Below, in pieces: positions 10,167 through 19,347 of a DNA stretch of 64,000 nucleotides. Position 1 is the stretch's first letter. The number at the start of each line of letters is the position of its first letter. The notes under the pieces are model-generated. The model did no database searches, was not told the DNA's origin, and saw only the letters and a program-made list of their open reading frames with translations. The stretch is from positions 1,184,001 through 1,248,000 of the forward strand of contig OY775910.1 of the NCBI GenBank assembly GCA_963675245.1, read 5' to 3'. The position numbers and the translations under genes are program-made. This stretch comes from Acholeplasmataceae bacterium (GTDB taxonomy: Bacteria > Bacillota_I > Bacilli_A > Acholeplasmatales > Acholeplasmataceae).

Positions 10167-10185
10167 GCGTATAGCTCATTTTTTT
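10158..10185 (+). terminator. intrinsic terminator
   Basis: AAAAAGTGAGC-GTATA-GCTCATTTTTTT. Confidence 0.8.
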
Positions 10186-10235
10186 GTAACCAAAAAGTAA
10201 AAATGAAAGACATTAAAAATAATCTCTAAAAGTCA

Positions 10236-10257
10236 TGCTATAATGTAACCAGTTATT
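10236..10257 (+). promoter_or_regulatory. extended -10 promoter with overlapping LacI-like site
   Basis: TGCTATAAT (10236-10244) followed by TGTAACCAGTTATT (TAAC/GTTA dyad). Confidence 0.5.
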
Positions 10258-10284
10258 TGCAAAAAAAGGTCATAGGGAGAAAAT

Positions 10285-11892
10285 ATGAAACTAGATTATA
10301 AAAAGACGATATATATCGGACTCGCATTTTTTATTATCACGATTTTCTGGCAAACATATGATAACATCATTGCTAAAATCATGATTGATAAGTTTGGTCT
10401 AAACCAAACTGCATCAGGCGTCATTATGGCACTTGATAATGTCTTGGCATTGTTTATGTTACCTTTATTTGGAGCGTTATCTGATCGCTCTAATCGTAAA
10501 AAAGGTAGAAGAACACCGTTCATTATTGTGGGTACAATCATTGCCGCATTTGCGTTTATGGGACTTTCCTTTATGGATAGTTATCAAACGAAGCTCGTTG
10601 AAGACTCAAATGCGAATATTATCTCATTATATGATAATTATCGTGATGATGAAGATAGAAGATTAGAGTCTTTCTGGGTCGATATTCTTGATGACATGGA
10701 CATAGAAAGAACCGCACAGCTTAATAGTGATAACATTTCACAAGCAACTTATGATCGTTGGAAAACCAACACATACGATCAAATTAACGCGATTTTAGTT
10801 GAAAATACATCGACAGAATTATCTGTTGGTGATATGGCGTATTTAAGTGATTATTATCAAACGTACCTATCAACGCTTGCGTGGGAAGAAACAGTCGCGA
10901 ATCCTGTTAATTTCGGAGTGTTTGTCACGGTTTTACTTGTTGCATTAGTCGCGATGAGTACATTTAGATCACCGGCGGTATCTTTAATGCCTGATGTGAC
11001 GATTAAACCACTCAGAAGTAAAGCGAATGCTGTCATCAATTTAATGGGCGCAGCTGCTGGGACGATTTCACTTGTTTTACTAACAGTTTTAGGGTTATCA
11101 GGCAGATCTTATGTACACTATACACTGGCATTTGTGTTAGTAGGTGTTATCATGTTAATTACCCTCTTGATTTTCTTATGGAAAGTCAAAGAACCTAAAC
11201 TGGTACAAGAAAAAATTGATCTAGAAAAAGCATTAGATTTAGAAGAAGATGAAGATGATTCGCATGATATTCATCAGCTTCCTAGAGATAAGAAGATATC
11301 ACTCATTCTTATTCTTTCATCAGTATTCCTTTGGTTTATGGGATATAATGCAATTATTTCTAAAGTATCAGATTATGTGCCTCACGTCTTACAATTATCA
11401 TCGTTTACATTACCGTTATTAGTCGCGAATGTGACGGCGATTATCGCATTTATTCCAATTGGTATTATCTCAACTAAGATTGGACGTAAAAAATCTATTC
11501 TTATCGGTATCGTATTACTTGCAATTTGTTTTGGATCAGCAACTTTCGTTAACGAAGATACAGGTTGGATAATGTATATTGTCTTCGGTTTAACTGGTAT
11601 TGGATGGGCAACCATTAATGTTAACTCATATCCGATGGTCGTAGAACTCGCAAGAGGGTCTAATGTCGGTAAATATACAGGATATTATTATGCATTCTCT
11701 ATGGCGGCACAAATCTTAACACCAATCTTATCAGGTGTCTTTATGGATTACGTCTTTAGAACAAGACTCGTCTTATTCCCATACGCAGCAATCTTTGTCG
11801 CGTTAAGCTTTATCACGATGTATTTCACTAAACACGGTGATGCAGTGATTCCTAAGAAATCATTACTAGAAAGTTTTGATGTAGAAGATTAA
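10285..11892 (+). CDS. MFS transporter (SLC45/maltose-sucrose-like) with large hydrophilic insertion
   Basis: FGALSDRS...GRRTPFI, FRSPAVSLMPD, GWATINVNSYPMV, GKYTGYYY; about 12 TM. Confidence 0.88.
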   Translation: MKLDYKKTIYIGLAFFIITIFWQTYDNIIAKIMIDKFGLNQTASGVIMALDNVLALFMLPLFGALSDRSNRKKGRRTPFIIVGTIIAAFAFMGLSFMDSYQTKLVEDSNANIISLYDNYRDDEDRRLESFWVDILDDMDIERTAQLNSDNISQATYDRWKTNTYDQINAILVENTSTELSVGDMAYLSDYYQTYLSTLAWEETVANPVNFGVFVTVLLVALVAMSTFRSPAVSLMPDVTIKPLRSKANAVINLMGAAAGTISLVLLTVLGLSGRSYVHYTLAFVLVGVIMLITLLIFLWKVKEPKLVQEKIDLEKALDLEEDEDDSHDIHQLPRDKKISLILILSSVFLWFMGYNAIISKVSDYVPHVLQLSSFTLPLLVANVTAIIAFIPIGIISTKIGRKKSILIGIVLLAICFGSATFVNEDTGWIMYIVFGLTGIGWATINVNSYPMVVELARGSNVGKYTGYYYAFSMAAQILTPILSGVFMDYVFRTRLVLFPYAAIFVALSFITMYFTKHGDAVIPKKSLLESFDVED

Positions 11893-11915
11893 AAAAAACG
11901 CATTAAGCGTTTTTT
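11893..11915. terminator. bidirectional terminator
   Basis: AAAAAACGC-ATTAA-GCGTTTTTT between convergent genes. Confidence 0.8.
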
Positions 11916-12646
11916 CTAGGTATGAAGTATTCAAAGACGACATTATCATAATGTGACTTCACAAAATCAAATTCATCTTGAGATCGAGCGGCGTAACTGA
12001 TTACAGTTAGGCCCTTTTTCTTTTGTTTATCTACGTGCTTATTTGGTAGGTTGTGTATATAATAACTGATAAAATCGGGTTTAGTGACACGATTGAAAAG
12101 GAGTCGTTTCATCAAAAACTTCATCGGTCTTTTTAAGTTTGTATCATCTTCAAAATAGGCCGAGATTTGTCCGCGAATCACGTTTGGATAGTTTTTCTTA
12201 AACCACAAGACGGCAGCGGGATGAAACGAAAACATTGCCCAAGTACCTTGGTAGTGCTTCATGATACTCATAAATAATTCACAAAGTTTTTTGATATTAC
12301 CCATAGGTTTTAATTCAATAAGAAGAGGTACTTTTTTGTCAACTAAAGTTAATAAATCGATAAGTCTTGGAATTTTCTCTTCAGATATCAGTAATTTTAA
12401 ATCCTTAATTTCATCATAAGTGACTTGAGATAATTCTTTATTTAATCCGGTTAAACGTTTCAGATTATGGTCATGAAAAACAACAATCTCATTATCTTTC
12501 GTCAAATTTAAGTCACATTCAATGGCATATCCTTGGTCTATAGCTAATTTAAATGCAGCTAAAGAATTTTCCGGAATTGCACCATTTTCTTTATATAAAC
12601 CACGATGAGCTATCAATGCATCTTTAAGCCATGTTAGATCTTTCAT
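11903..12646 (-). CDS. glycerophosphodiester phosphodiesterase family protein
   Basis: IAHRG, PENSLAAF, IECD, VVFHD, LLIELK. Confidence 0.92.
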   Translation of the reverse strand: MKDLTWLKDALIAHRGLYKENGAIPENSLAAFKLAIDQGYAIECDLNLTKDNEIVVFHDHNLKRLTGLNKELSQVTYDEIKDLKLLISEEKIPRLIDLLTLVDKKVPLLIELKPMGNIKKLCELFMSIMKHYQGTWAMFSFHPAAVLWFKKNYPNVIRGQISAYFEDDTNLKRPMKFLMKRLLFNRVTKPDFISYYIHNLPNKHVDKQKKKGLTVISYAARSQDEFDFVKSHYDNVVFEYFIPRKNA

Positions 12647-12656
12647 ATATTAACCT

Positions 12657-13238
12657 CTAGAATATGTAGTAAACAGCAATACCTAAAACAGCAGATAATC
12701 CAACTATAAGTGCGGGAGAAGATTTTTTCTTAAACAATAAAATAAAGCCAACAACAAATACCAATATAATAAGGTTTCGCCATTCAAACAGACTAAAGTC
12801 AAACATGAAATCAGATAAGTGAATGCCAGGCAATATAAGTCTTAAACCAAGGGCGATTGCAACACTGATAATCAAACCAATCACTGCAGGTTTCAATCCC
12901 ATAAAAGCATGTTCAGCAATTTCTGATTGTAAGAATTTACCGCCTAACCAAGCGATTAAAAGAATAATGATAAACGATGGAAGAATGACACCTAAAGTCG
13001 CTGCTAAAGCACCTAAAATACCTAATTGATGCGTACCAATAAACGTCGCCATGTTCACTGCTATCGGGCCAGGTGTCGATTCAGCAACGCCAATCATATC
13101 ATATAGCATATTGACATCAAGGTAACCGCCACCGACAAGTGATTCTTCAATGAGTGGAATCATCGCATACCCACCACCAAAGGTGAATAAACCTATTTTA
13201 AAGAACATCCAGAATAAGTTCAGTAACTCAAGAAACAT
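12657..13238 (-). CDS. short-chain CHR (chromate transporter family) subunit
   Basis: FFKIGLFTFGGGYAMI, ESTPGPIAVN; start moved to ATG 13238 (SD AAGGAGG). Confidence 0.9.
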   Translation of the reverse strand: MFLELLNLFWMFFKIGLFTFGGGYAMIPLIEESLVGGGYLDVNMLYDMIGVAESTPGPIAVNMATFIGTHQLGILGALAATLGVILPSFIIILLIAWLGGKFLQSEIAEHAFMGLKPAVIGLIISVAIALGLRLILPGIHLSDFMFDFSLFEWRNLIILVFVVGFILLFKKKSSPALIVGLSAVLGIAVYYIF

Positions 13239-13797
13239 CTTCAGATACCTCCTTATTTGTAAAGAATACACCAACAATTATACCAATCACTGCGGATACT
13301 AATAAAATATATATCACAGATATATTTGTGAAAAAGGCAATCCCAAAAGCTGTAACCAATATGATATAGGATAACGCATTAAAGTGGATTTTCTTACCTA
13401 GCTTAATGGCCGCTTTAAAGATTAATACGGCAACACCAACTTGAATACCATAGAAAGCATACATGACTGCTTCAATTTCCTTAAACTGATAAAACACTAA
13501 CGAAATTAAAGAGATAATGATAAAAGAAGGAATCGTCACTGCTAGAGTTGCGACTAAAGATCCCCAAAACTTCCCGATTTTATAGCCGATAAAGGTCGCT
13601 GAATTGATAGCGAATACGCCAGGTGTCGATTCCGATATGACGAGCATTTTTAAGACATCATCGTCACTAACCCACCCTTTTTTATCAACGACTTCTTTAT
13701 GCATAATAGGCATCATGGCAAGTCCACCCCCAAAAGTGAGTGCACCAATTTTTAAAAATGCCCAAAAGAGTTGTAATAATTTATGTTTATCTTCCAT
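13228..13797 (-). CDS. short-chain CHR (chromate transporter family) subunit
   Basis: FLKIGALTFGGG, ESTPGVFAINSATFIG. Confidence 0.9.
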   Translation of the reverse strand: MEDKHKLLQLFWAFLKIGALTFGGGLAMMPIMHKEVVDKKGWVSDDDVLKMLVISESTPGVFAINSATFIGYKIGKFWGSLVATLAVTIPSFIIISLISLVFYQFKEIEAVMYAFYGIQVGVAVLIFKAAIKLGKKIHFNALSYIILVTAFGIAFFTNISVIYILLVSAVIGIIVGVFFTNKEVSEDVS

Positions 13798-13818
13798 GTT
13801 TAAACCTCTCTAGGGTTT

Positions 13819-13863
13819 ATTATAGCATGAAAAAAGCAAGTTAATAACGAGCTATGCTATAAT
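13819..13863. promoter_or_regulatory. divergent extended -10 promoters
   Basis: TGCTATAAT on the minus strand (13819-13827) and on the plus strand (13855-13863). Confidence 0.65.
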
Positions 13864-13887
13864 GTTTATGGAAAAGGACGGATACGT

Positions 13888-15897
13888 ATGGGACATAAAA
13901 AATTATTCATATTAATACTCGTATTAATGCTTGTTTTAACAGGTTGTACAGGATTAGAAGAATCAGGTAAACCAATATTTGGCGATATGTCTAATATCGC
14001 TTATACAATAGGTGATGATCAACCTAATTATTTAAATGACATTACAGCAACTGACAAAGAAGACGGAGATATATCAAGCGCTATTTATTTTGATGATAGT
14101 GATGTTGACTATGATATAGCAGGTGAATACACGGTCACTTATTATGTTGTCGATAGTGATGGTCATCTTGTGAGTACCTCTATCACAGTGATAGTCAGTG
14201 ATGAAAGCCAACAAGGTGATACAATACACCCACAAATTTTTGGTGCATCAGATATCACATACACGATTGGTGATCCAACGCCCAATTATTTAAGTGGGAT
14301 TGCTGCAAGTGATAATGTTGATGGTGATGTCACATCTTCCATCGTTATTGATGATTCTGCAGTAGATTACACTAAAGCTGGCACTTATGCAGTTATTTAC
14401 AGTGTATCAGATGTTGCCGGTAACGAAAGAACTGTCAGTATTTATATCGAAGTGGTAGATGTCGCTCAAAATACAACATATGACATTTTTTATTTAAATG
14501 ACTTTCATGGATCAATCTTACCAGATGGAGATCAATTGGGTTTTGCTACCATAGCAAATCTCATTATGACTAAAAAAGAAGCGTCTCCGACATCAACGAT
14601 TTTCATTGTTGGTGGGGATATGCTCCAAGGATCATTACTATCTAATTATTATCAAGGTGCTTCCACCATTGAGATGTTAAATCTTATGGGATTAGATGCA
14701 TTTGTTCTAGGTAATCATGAGTTTGACTGGGGATTAGATGTTTTACTCCAATATTTCGATCAAAATTCAGATGCACCTGTTCACGCGAACTTTCCACTTT
14801 TAGCTGCAAATGTGATTGAAAAAACATCTGGTGAAAGACCAGATGGTATTGAACCTTATACGATTTTACAAAGACAAGGTTATAAAATAGGCATTGTAGG
14901 TACGATTGGTTATGGTTTAGAAAGCAGTATTGCTGCTAGCCGTGTTGCTGATTATGAGTTTTTAGACCCAGTTGAGTGGACTGAATTTTATGCAAGATAT
15001 CTTCGCACTGTTGAAGGTGTTGATATCGTGCTTGCAGTATCTCATGGTGATAGTGATTATTTTAACGATTCAGTTGCTGCACTAACTGGAGATGCGCGAA
15101 TTGATATGATTTATAATGGACACTCCCATCAAGCGTATATTGAACAATACAATCGTGATGGTATGGATACAGTTGCCATACAATCAAGTAGTAATGGTAA
15201 AGCAGTTGGCTATGTAAAATTAGAGATGGTTGAAGGTGTTTTAGGGGGATGGCAAGTGAATAATCTAACAGCCTTCAATGAAACACTCCTGACGGGGTCT
15301 AATGCTGACATGCAAGACTTAATTGATTATTATTTAACGGAAGTACAAGACTTAATTGAAAACAATATAATCACTGCCGGTGAATATTTATCCACATCAG
15401 CATTAACCACATATATGGCTAAAATCATGCGTTTAAAAACAGATAGTGATATTGCATTCCATAATTATGGTGGCACAAGAACATCTGTTCAACATGGTAC
15501 TCATATGACGGTTGCGCTTGCTTATCAAATATTCCCATTTGATAACGTCGTTAAAACAACTGAATTATTAGGTTCAACGATCAAGAGTTTAATGGGTAAC
15601 TCGTCCATGGGTTATGATACTAATATCAATTCATTTGATGATAATACGTATTATAAAGTCGCTACAAATGACTACATTTATGATGGAAATCCTAATACAT
15701 TTAATAATGGTCAAAATCCTGTGAATACAGGTTTGCTATTAAGAGATTTATTTATTGACGTACTAGAAGACTTAAGAGACGCTGGAAATGATACCTTTTA
15801 TTTGAACCTAGATATTCCGGAACCGCTTTCAATCGACACTTACACGCAGCTACAAGCGTTTAATAGAGAACCCTTTCATGTTATAATAAACGCATAG
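13888..15897 (+). CDS. lipoprotein 5'-nucleotidase/metallophosphoesterase with two Ig-like (DUF5011-type) repeats
   Basis: Lipobox LTGC; NDFHG, GGDM, GNHEFD, GHSH; C-terminal N.GG.R and PFDN. Confidence 0.9.
   Translation: MGHKKLFILILVLMLVLTGCTGLEESGKPIFGDMSNIAYTIGDDQPNYLNDITATDKEDGDISSAIYFDDSDVDYDIAGEYTVTYYVVDSDGHLVSTSITVIVSDESQQGDTIHPQIFGASDITYTIGDPTPNYLSGIAASDNVDGDVTSSIVIDDSAVDYTKAGTYAVIYSVSDVAGNERTVSIYIEVVDVAQNTTYDIFYLNDFHGSILPDGDQLGFATIANLIMTKKEASPTSTIFIVGGDMLQGSLLSNYYQGASTIEMLNLMGLDAFVLGNHEFDWGLDVLLQYFDQNSDAPVHANFPLLAANVIEKTSGERPDGIEPYTILQRQGYKIGIVGTIGYGLESSIAASRVADYEFLDPVEWTEFYARYLRTVEGVDIVLAVSHGDSDYFNDSVAALTGDARIDMIYNGHSHQAYIEQYNRDGMDTVAIQSSSNGKAVGYVKLEMVEGVLGGWQVNNLTAFNETLLTGSNADMQDLIDYYLTEVQDLIENNIITAGEYLSTSALTTYMAKIMRLKTDSDIAFHNYGGTRTSVQHGTHMTVALAYQIFPFDNVVKTTELLGSTIKSLMGNSSMGYDTNINSFDDNTYYKVATNDYIYDGNPNTFNNGQNPVNTGLLLRDLFIDVLEDLRDAGNDTFYLNLDIPEPLSIDTYTQLQAFNREPFHVIINA
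13972..14460 (+). repeat. two tandem ~86-aa Ig-like repeats in the nucleotidase
   Basis: YTIGD..PNYL..I.A.D..DGD..S.I..DDS.VDY..AG.Y.V.Y.V.D..G occurs twice, 258 nt apart. Confidence 0.88.
15818..15887 (+). promoter_or_regulatory. internal promoter with LacI/cre-like sites inside the 3' end of the nucleotidase gene
   Basis: TGTTATAAT at 15879-15887; CGGAACCGCTTTCA (15818-15831), TACAAGCGTTTAAT (15851-15864), AGAGAACCCTTTCA (15865-15878). Confidence 0.55.
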
Positions 15898-15912
15898 AAA
15901 GGGAGTCTTACT

Positions 15913-16371
15913 ATGGTACCTTCATTTGAGAAACGTGTTAGAGCATTCGCGATGGACACATCACCAGTAGCTATTGTTGCTATTGTGTCGTTTTGGCTTC
16001 CAGTGGAACAACCATGGATTCCTTATGTGATTGTCGCTGCTGCGTTTTTTGGTTTTTATTTATTTCCATATTTTTTAAAAAGTTCACAAGGACAATCATT
16101 CGGTAAACGAATTCAAAAAATTAGAATCGTTAATCTTGATGACACACCCGTTCAGTTATGGAAAGTGTTATTAAGAGAAGTGTTTAAGCTAGCGTTAAGC
16201 ATTGGTACATTCAGTGTTTATTTAATCGTTAGTTTTTTTGTCATGAATGAGAAAACCGGGAGAACCATTCATGACTATATCTTTAAAACCAAAATTATTG
16301 ATTTGGAAAAACCAAAAGGAAAAGAACGCATATTAGGAACCTCTGAATCACTAAGGAAAAGAGGGCTTTAA
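15913..16371 (+). CDS. RDD family membrane protein
   Basis: KRVRAFAMD, GQSFGK...IRIV, LRE, RTIHDYIFKT. Confidence 0.85.
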   Translation: MVPSFEKRVRAFAMDTSPVAIVAIVSFWLPVEQPWIPYVIVAAAFFGFYLFPYFLKSSQGQSFGKRIQKIRIVNLDDTPVQLWKVLLREVFKLALSIGTFSVYLIVSFFVMNEKTGRTIHDYIFKTKIIDLEKPKGKERILGTSESLRKRGL

Positions 16372-18122
16372 TGAAAAAGGGAGTTATCTTAAGTTTTATC
16401 CTTATATTAGTATTTTTACTTGTGGGTTGTAATCGTGGTCCAGGAGTTACCTTTGATTACATGGACTTAGCAAAAAATGTCAATGTTAATGCAGTAGATG
16501 GCGTTGTAGAAAAACCTAGTGATGTATCCGTTGACGGTTATATATTTATTGGCTGGTTTAATGAAGAGACATTTGAAACACCCTTTGACTTTGATCAGAC
16601 CATTACTGAAAGACTAACTGCGTATGGTTATTTCGTAACCGAACAAGCATATATGACACAAGTGCTTCCTATGAATCATCCAAGTCAAGATGTTTATTAT
16701 GAAATATTTGTGAGAAGTTTTGCAGATAGTGATGATGATGGTGTGGGTGATTTAAATGGTATCACTGATAATTTGGATTATTTGGAATCACTAGGCATTA
16801 CTGCTTTATGGCTCATGCCAATCAATCCATCACCGTCATATCATGGCTATGATGTCACGAATTATTATGGTATTAATTCTGATTATGGCACAATGGCTGA
16901 CTTTGAAAACCTTATCTCAGAAGCTAATGCGAGAGGTATTGATATTATTATCGATTTAGTCGTGAATCACACATCAGATCAACATCCATGGTATCAATCA
17001 GCTGTTTCGTCAGAAAGTTCACCATATAGAGATTGGTATATATTCCCTGATGGATCAAATGTGGGTTATGAAACATTTGTTGGTGGTATGAAAGATTTAA
17101 ATTATGATCATCCGGATGTCCAACAAGAGATGAAAGACATTTTACAGTTTTGGATTGAAAAAGGCGTTCATGGTTTTAGACTAGATGCAGTCCTATATCT
17201 ATATGAGTATTCATCTGCACATCGTACGGTTGATTATGATAATGCTTTACTCATTAGAGAGTGGGATACATTTATTAAAACATTCAATCCAGATGCGTAT
17301 ATTGTATCTGAAGCGTGGTATGGATCATATGAGGATTATGCGACATATTATTTAGGATCAGAATCGTTATTTGATTTTAGTGCGAGATCAGAAATCTTAA
17401 CAAGACTGGGTACTGGTACTGGCACATATTTACTGATTGACAAACTCGTTGATATGTATGATGAATACCGAATTTATAATCCTGAATTTATGGATGCACT
17501 CATGATTGGTAATCACGATACAGATCGTATCGCCTCTATTTCTGGTTTCAATTCCTATAACAGCTTAGAAAAGCTAAAGTTAGCAGCGTCAATTCAAATG
17601 ACATTACCAGGTAATCCATTTATTTATTATGGTGATGAGATTGGAACAAAAGGTTGGCGTGATTATTCTCAAGATGGATTTAATATGCCGGGTTATGGTA
17701 TTGTTTATGATGAAGTAAGAAGAGTACCGTTTTTGTGGGGATCAGATGATTATCAAACCAGTTGGTATCCAGATAATCAAAATGACGATACAGTAGATGT
17801 CGACACACAAATGGCTAATCCAGATTCATTGTGGTCACATTATCAAGATGTGATTACATTAAGAAGAGTTAATCCCGCATTAATGTATGGTAATACAATC
17901 ATGGCATACCGTGAAAATAATAATGCGATTCAAGGTTTTATTAGAGTCTATGAAGATGATTATTATACACAAGCTGTTTTAGTCATTCATAATGTCTCAC
18001 CAGTTGAACAAACCATTACTCTGTCAGGGGACTACACAATCCTTTATGGAAATACAACGATGCCGATGTATTCAACGCTTGTTGTTCAAATCAATCCAGA
18101 TCAAATTGAGGACTATAGCTAA
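16371..18122 (+). CDS. lipoprotein alpha-amylase (GH13, GH13_36-like) with N-terminal InlB B-repeat-like domain
   Basis: Lipobox LVGC; GYIFIGWF...FDF repeat; YYEIFVRSFADSD, DLVVNH, MKDLN, FRLDAV, SEAW, NHDTDR. Confidence 0.9.
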   Translation: MKKGVILSFILILVFLLVGCNRGPGVTFDYMDLAKNVNVNAVDGVVEKPSDVSVDGYIFIGWFNEETFETPFDFDQTITERLTAYGYFVTEQAYMTQVLPMNHPSQDVYYEIFVRSFADSDDDGVGDLNGITDNLDYLESLGITALWLMPINPSPSYHGYDVTNYYGINSDYGTMADFENLISEANARGIDIIIDLVVNHTSDQHPWYQSAVSSESSPYRDWYIFPDGSNVGYETFVGGMKDLNYDHPDVQQEMKDILQFWIEKGVHGFRLDAVLYLYEYSSAHRTVDYDNALLIREWDTFIKTFNPDAYIVSEAWYGSYEDYATYYLGSESLFDFSARSEILTRLGTGTGTYLLIDKLVDMYDEYRIYNPEFMDALMIGNHDTDRIASISGFNSYNSLEKLKLAASIQMTLPGNPFIYYGDEIGTKGWRDYSQDGFNMPGYGIVYDEVRRVPFLWGSDDYQTSWYPDNQNDDTVDVDTQMANPDSLWSHYQDVITLRRVNPALMYGNTIMAYRENNNAIQGFIRVYEDDYYTQAVLVIHNVSPVEQTITLSGDYTILYGNTTMPMYSTLVVQINPDQIEDYS

Positions 18123-18928
18123 TGTTTTTAATTCGTTTTTTTAGATATGGATTTAATCCAAGCACATTAATACCAAATGCGAGTCAAAAGTTGTGGCAAG
18201 CCATCATCTATTTTCTCATCATCAGTTTAATTACGTTATTCCCATTAAATTTCTTGATTGTTCAAGCAAACGGTTGGGATCTTGACTTCATTAAAGCCAA
18301 CATCAGTGAAAACACTCCAGATTGGGTTTTACCAGAAGATATGAGAATATATGCGTATAAGCTAGATACAGATAGTGATCAGTCATATACATTTGTGAAT
18401 GGTGAACTTACTTATATCTTCAACGCGACTGGCAATGAAGATATTACATCTAGAACCGTTAGTTTTTATGAAGATCGTATGATTTATAGTGATGGTGAAG
18501 GTCATCAAATGATTGCGTATGATTATAATGGATTTAATGATGAGGTGAGTTTTAGAGCACTAAACCTAGCAACAGGTACAGAACGGACTGAGATGTATAA
18601 CGATTTTGGAGAGATGATTGAAGCGTCGTTTGGCAATTATGTGGTTCTCTATTCACTCTTAATGAATACAATTGTTAATATCAGTGTGAGTGTTGTCTTC
18701 ATTATTATGTTATCGTTGATCATGCAACTCTTTAGATTTGGTTATCAAAAATTCTTTACGTATAAAGAATCCGTGATCTTTGTCATTCTATCCATGACTA
18801 TCCCGGCAGTCATAAGCTTTATTGTTGGTTTTATTGCCCCATCGATTGCCTCAGTCATCTATCAGTTTGGCGTAGGTATTGTGGTAATGGCAGTTATGTT
18901 AAAATACGGTAAGAAAAATTTCGTATAA
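18122..18928 (+). CDS. DUF1189/MalA-like membrane protein
   Basis: N-terminal TM, extracellular loop, 3 C-terminal TMs with F..YKE....V..SMT.P; located in the maltodextrin locus. Confidence 0.65.
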   Translation: MFLIRFFRYGFNPSTLIPNASQKLWQAIIYFLIISLITLFPLNFLIVQANGWDLDFIKANISENTPDWVLPEDMRIYAYKLDTDSDQSYTFVNGELTYIFNATGNEDITSRTVSFYEDRMIYSDGEGHQMIAYDYNGFNDEVSFRALNLATGTERTEMYNDFGEMIEASFGNYVVLYSLLMNTIVNISVSVVFIIMLSLIMQLFRFGYQKFFTYKESVIFVILSMTIPAVISFIVGFIAPSIASVIYQFGVGIVVMAVMLKYGKKNFV

Positions 18929-18959
18929 AAAAAAGCCTTCATCGCTGAAGGCTTTTTTT
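18927..18959. terminator. bidirectional terminator
   Basis: A-tract-GCCTTCA-TCGC-TGAAGGC-T-tract. Confidence 0.9.
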
Positions 18960-18960
18960 G

Positions 18961-19347
18961 TTACTCAAATATTAATTCGTTTGTTTTTAGTGATAATCCA
19001 GGGTTATCAAGTGAATCATTGACCATGAATACAATCATGCCATAATCTGAATCTTCGTTATCAAAGCTAGCTTGTGTAGTGTAGAAATAAAATGATAACG
19101 TGTAACGGTTTGTTCCTATAAGATCAAAATCTTGTTCATAAGATTGACTAGCAACGTTATAAGCAATTTCTTCTAACGCTTCTAAATCATCTATTTCGGC
19201 ATTAACGATCACATGATAACTAGAACTATTCCAAGTAGATGTTTGATTTGCCATGAAGACATCAAGTGTTTCAGCTTCTTTATTACCACATCCTACTAAT
19301 GTAAAGATTGCTGTTATTAAGAGCAATAAGATAAATACTTTTCTCAT
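18961..19347 (-). CDS. small acidic lipoprotein, hypothetical
   Basis: Signal peptide with lipobox LVGC; start overlaps the pullulanase stop (TAATG). Confidence 0.8.
   Translation of the reverse strand: MRKVFILLLLITAIFTLVGCGNKEAETLDVFMANQTSTWNSSSYHVIVNAEIDDLEALEEIAYNVASQSYEQDFDLIGTNRYTLSFYFYTTQASFDNEDSDYGMIVFMVNDSLDNPGLSLKTNELIFE

Noticed and set aside
16724..16760. Dockerin-like Ca-binding loop (DSDDDGVGDLNG) suggesting an amylosome
   Set aside because: This is the ordinary N-terminal Ca-binding loop of GH13 enzymes, also present in the cytoplasmic glucosidase; no duplicated dockerin or cohesin seen
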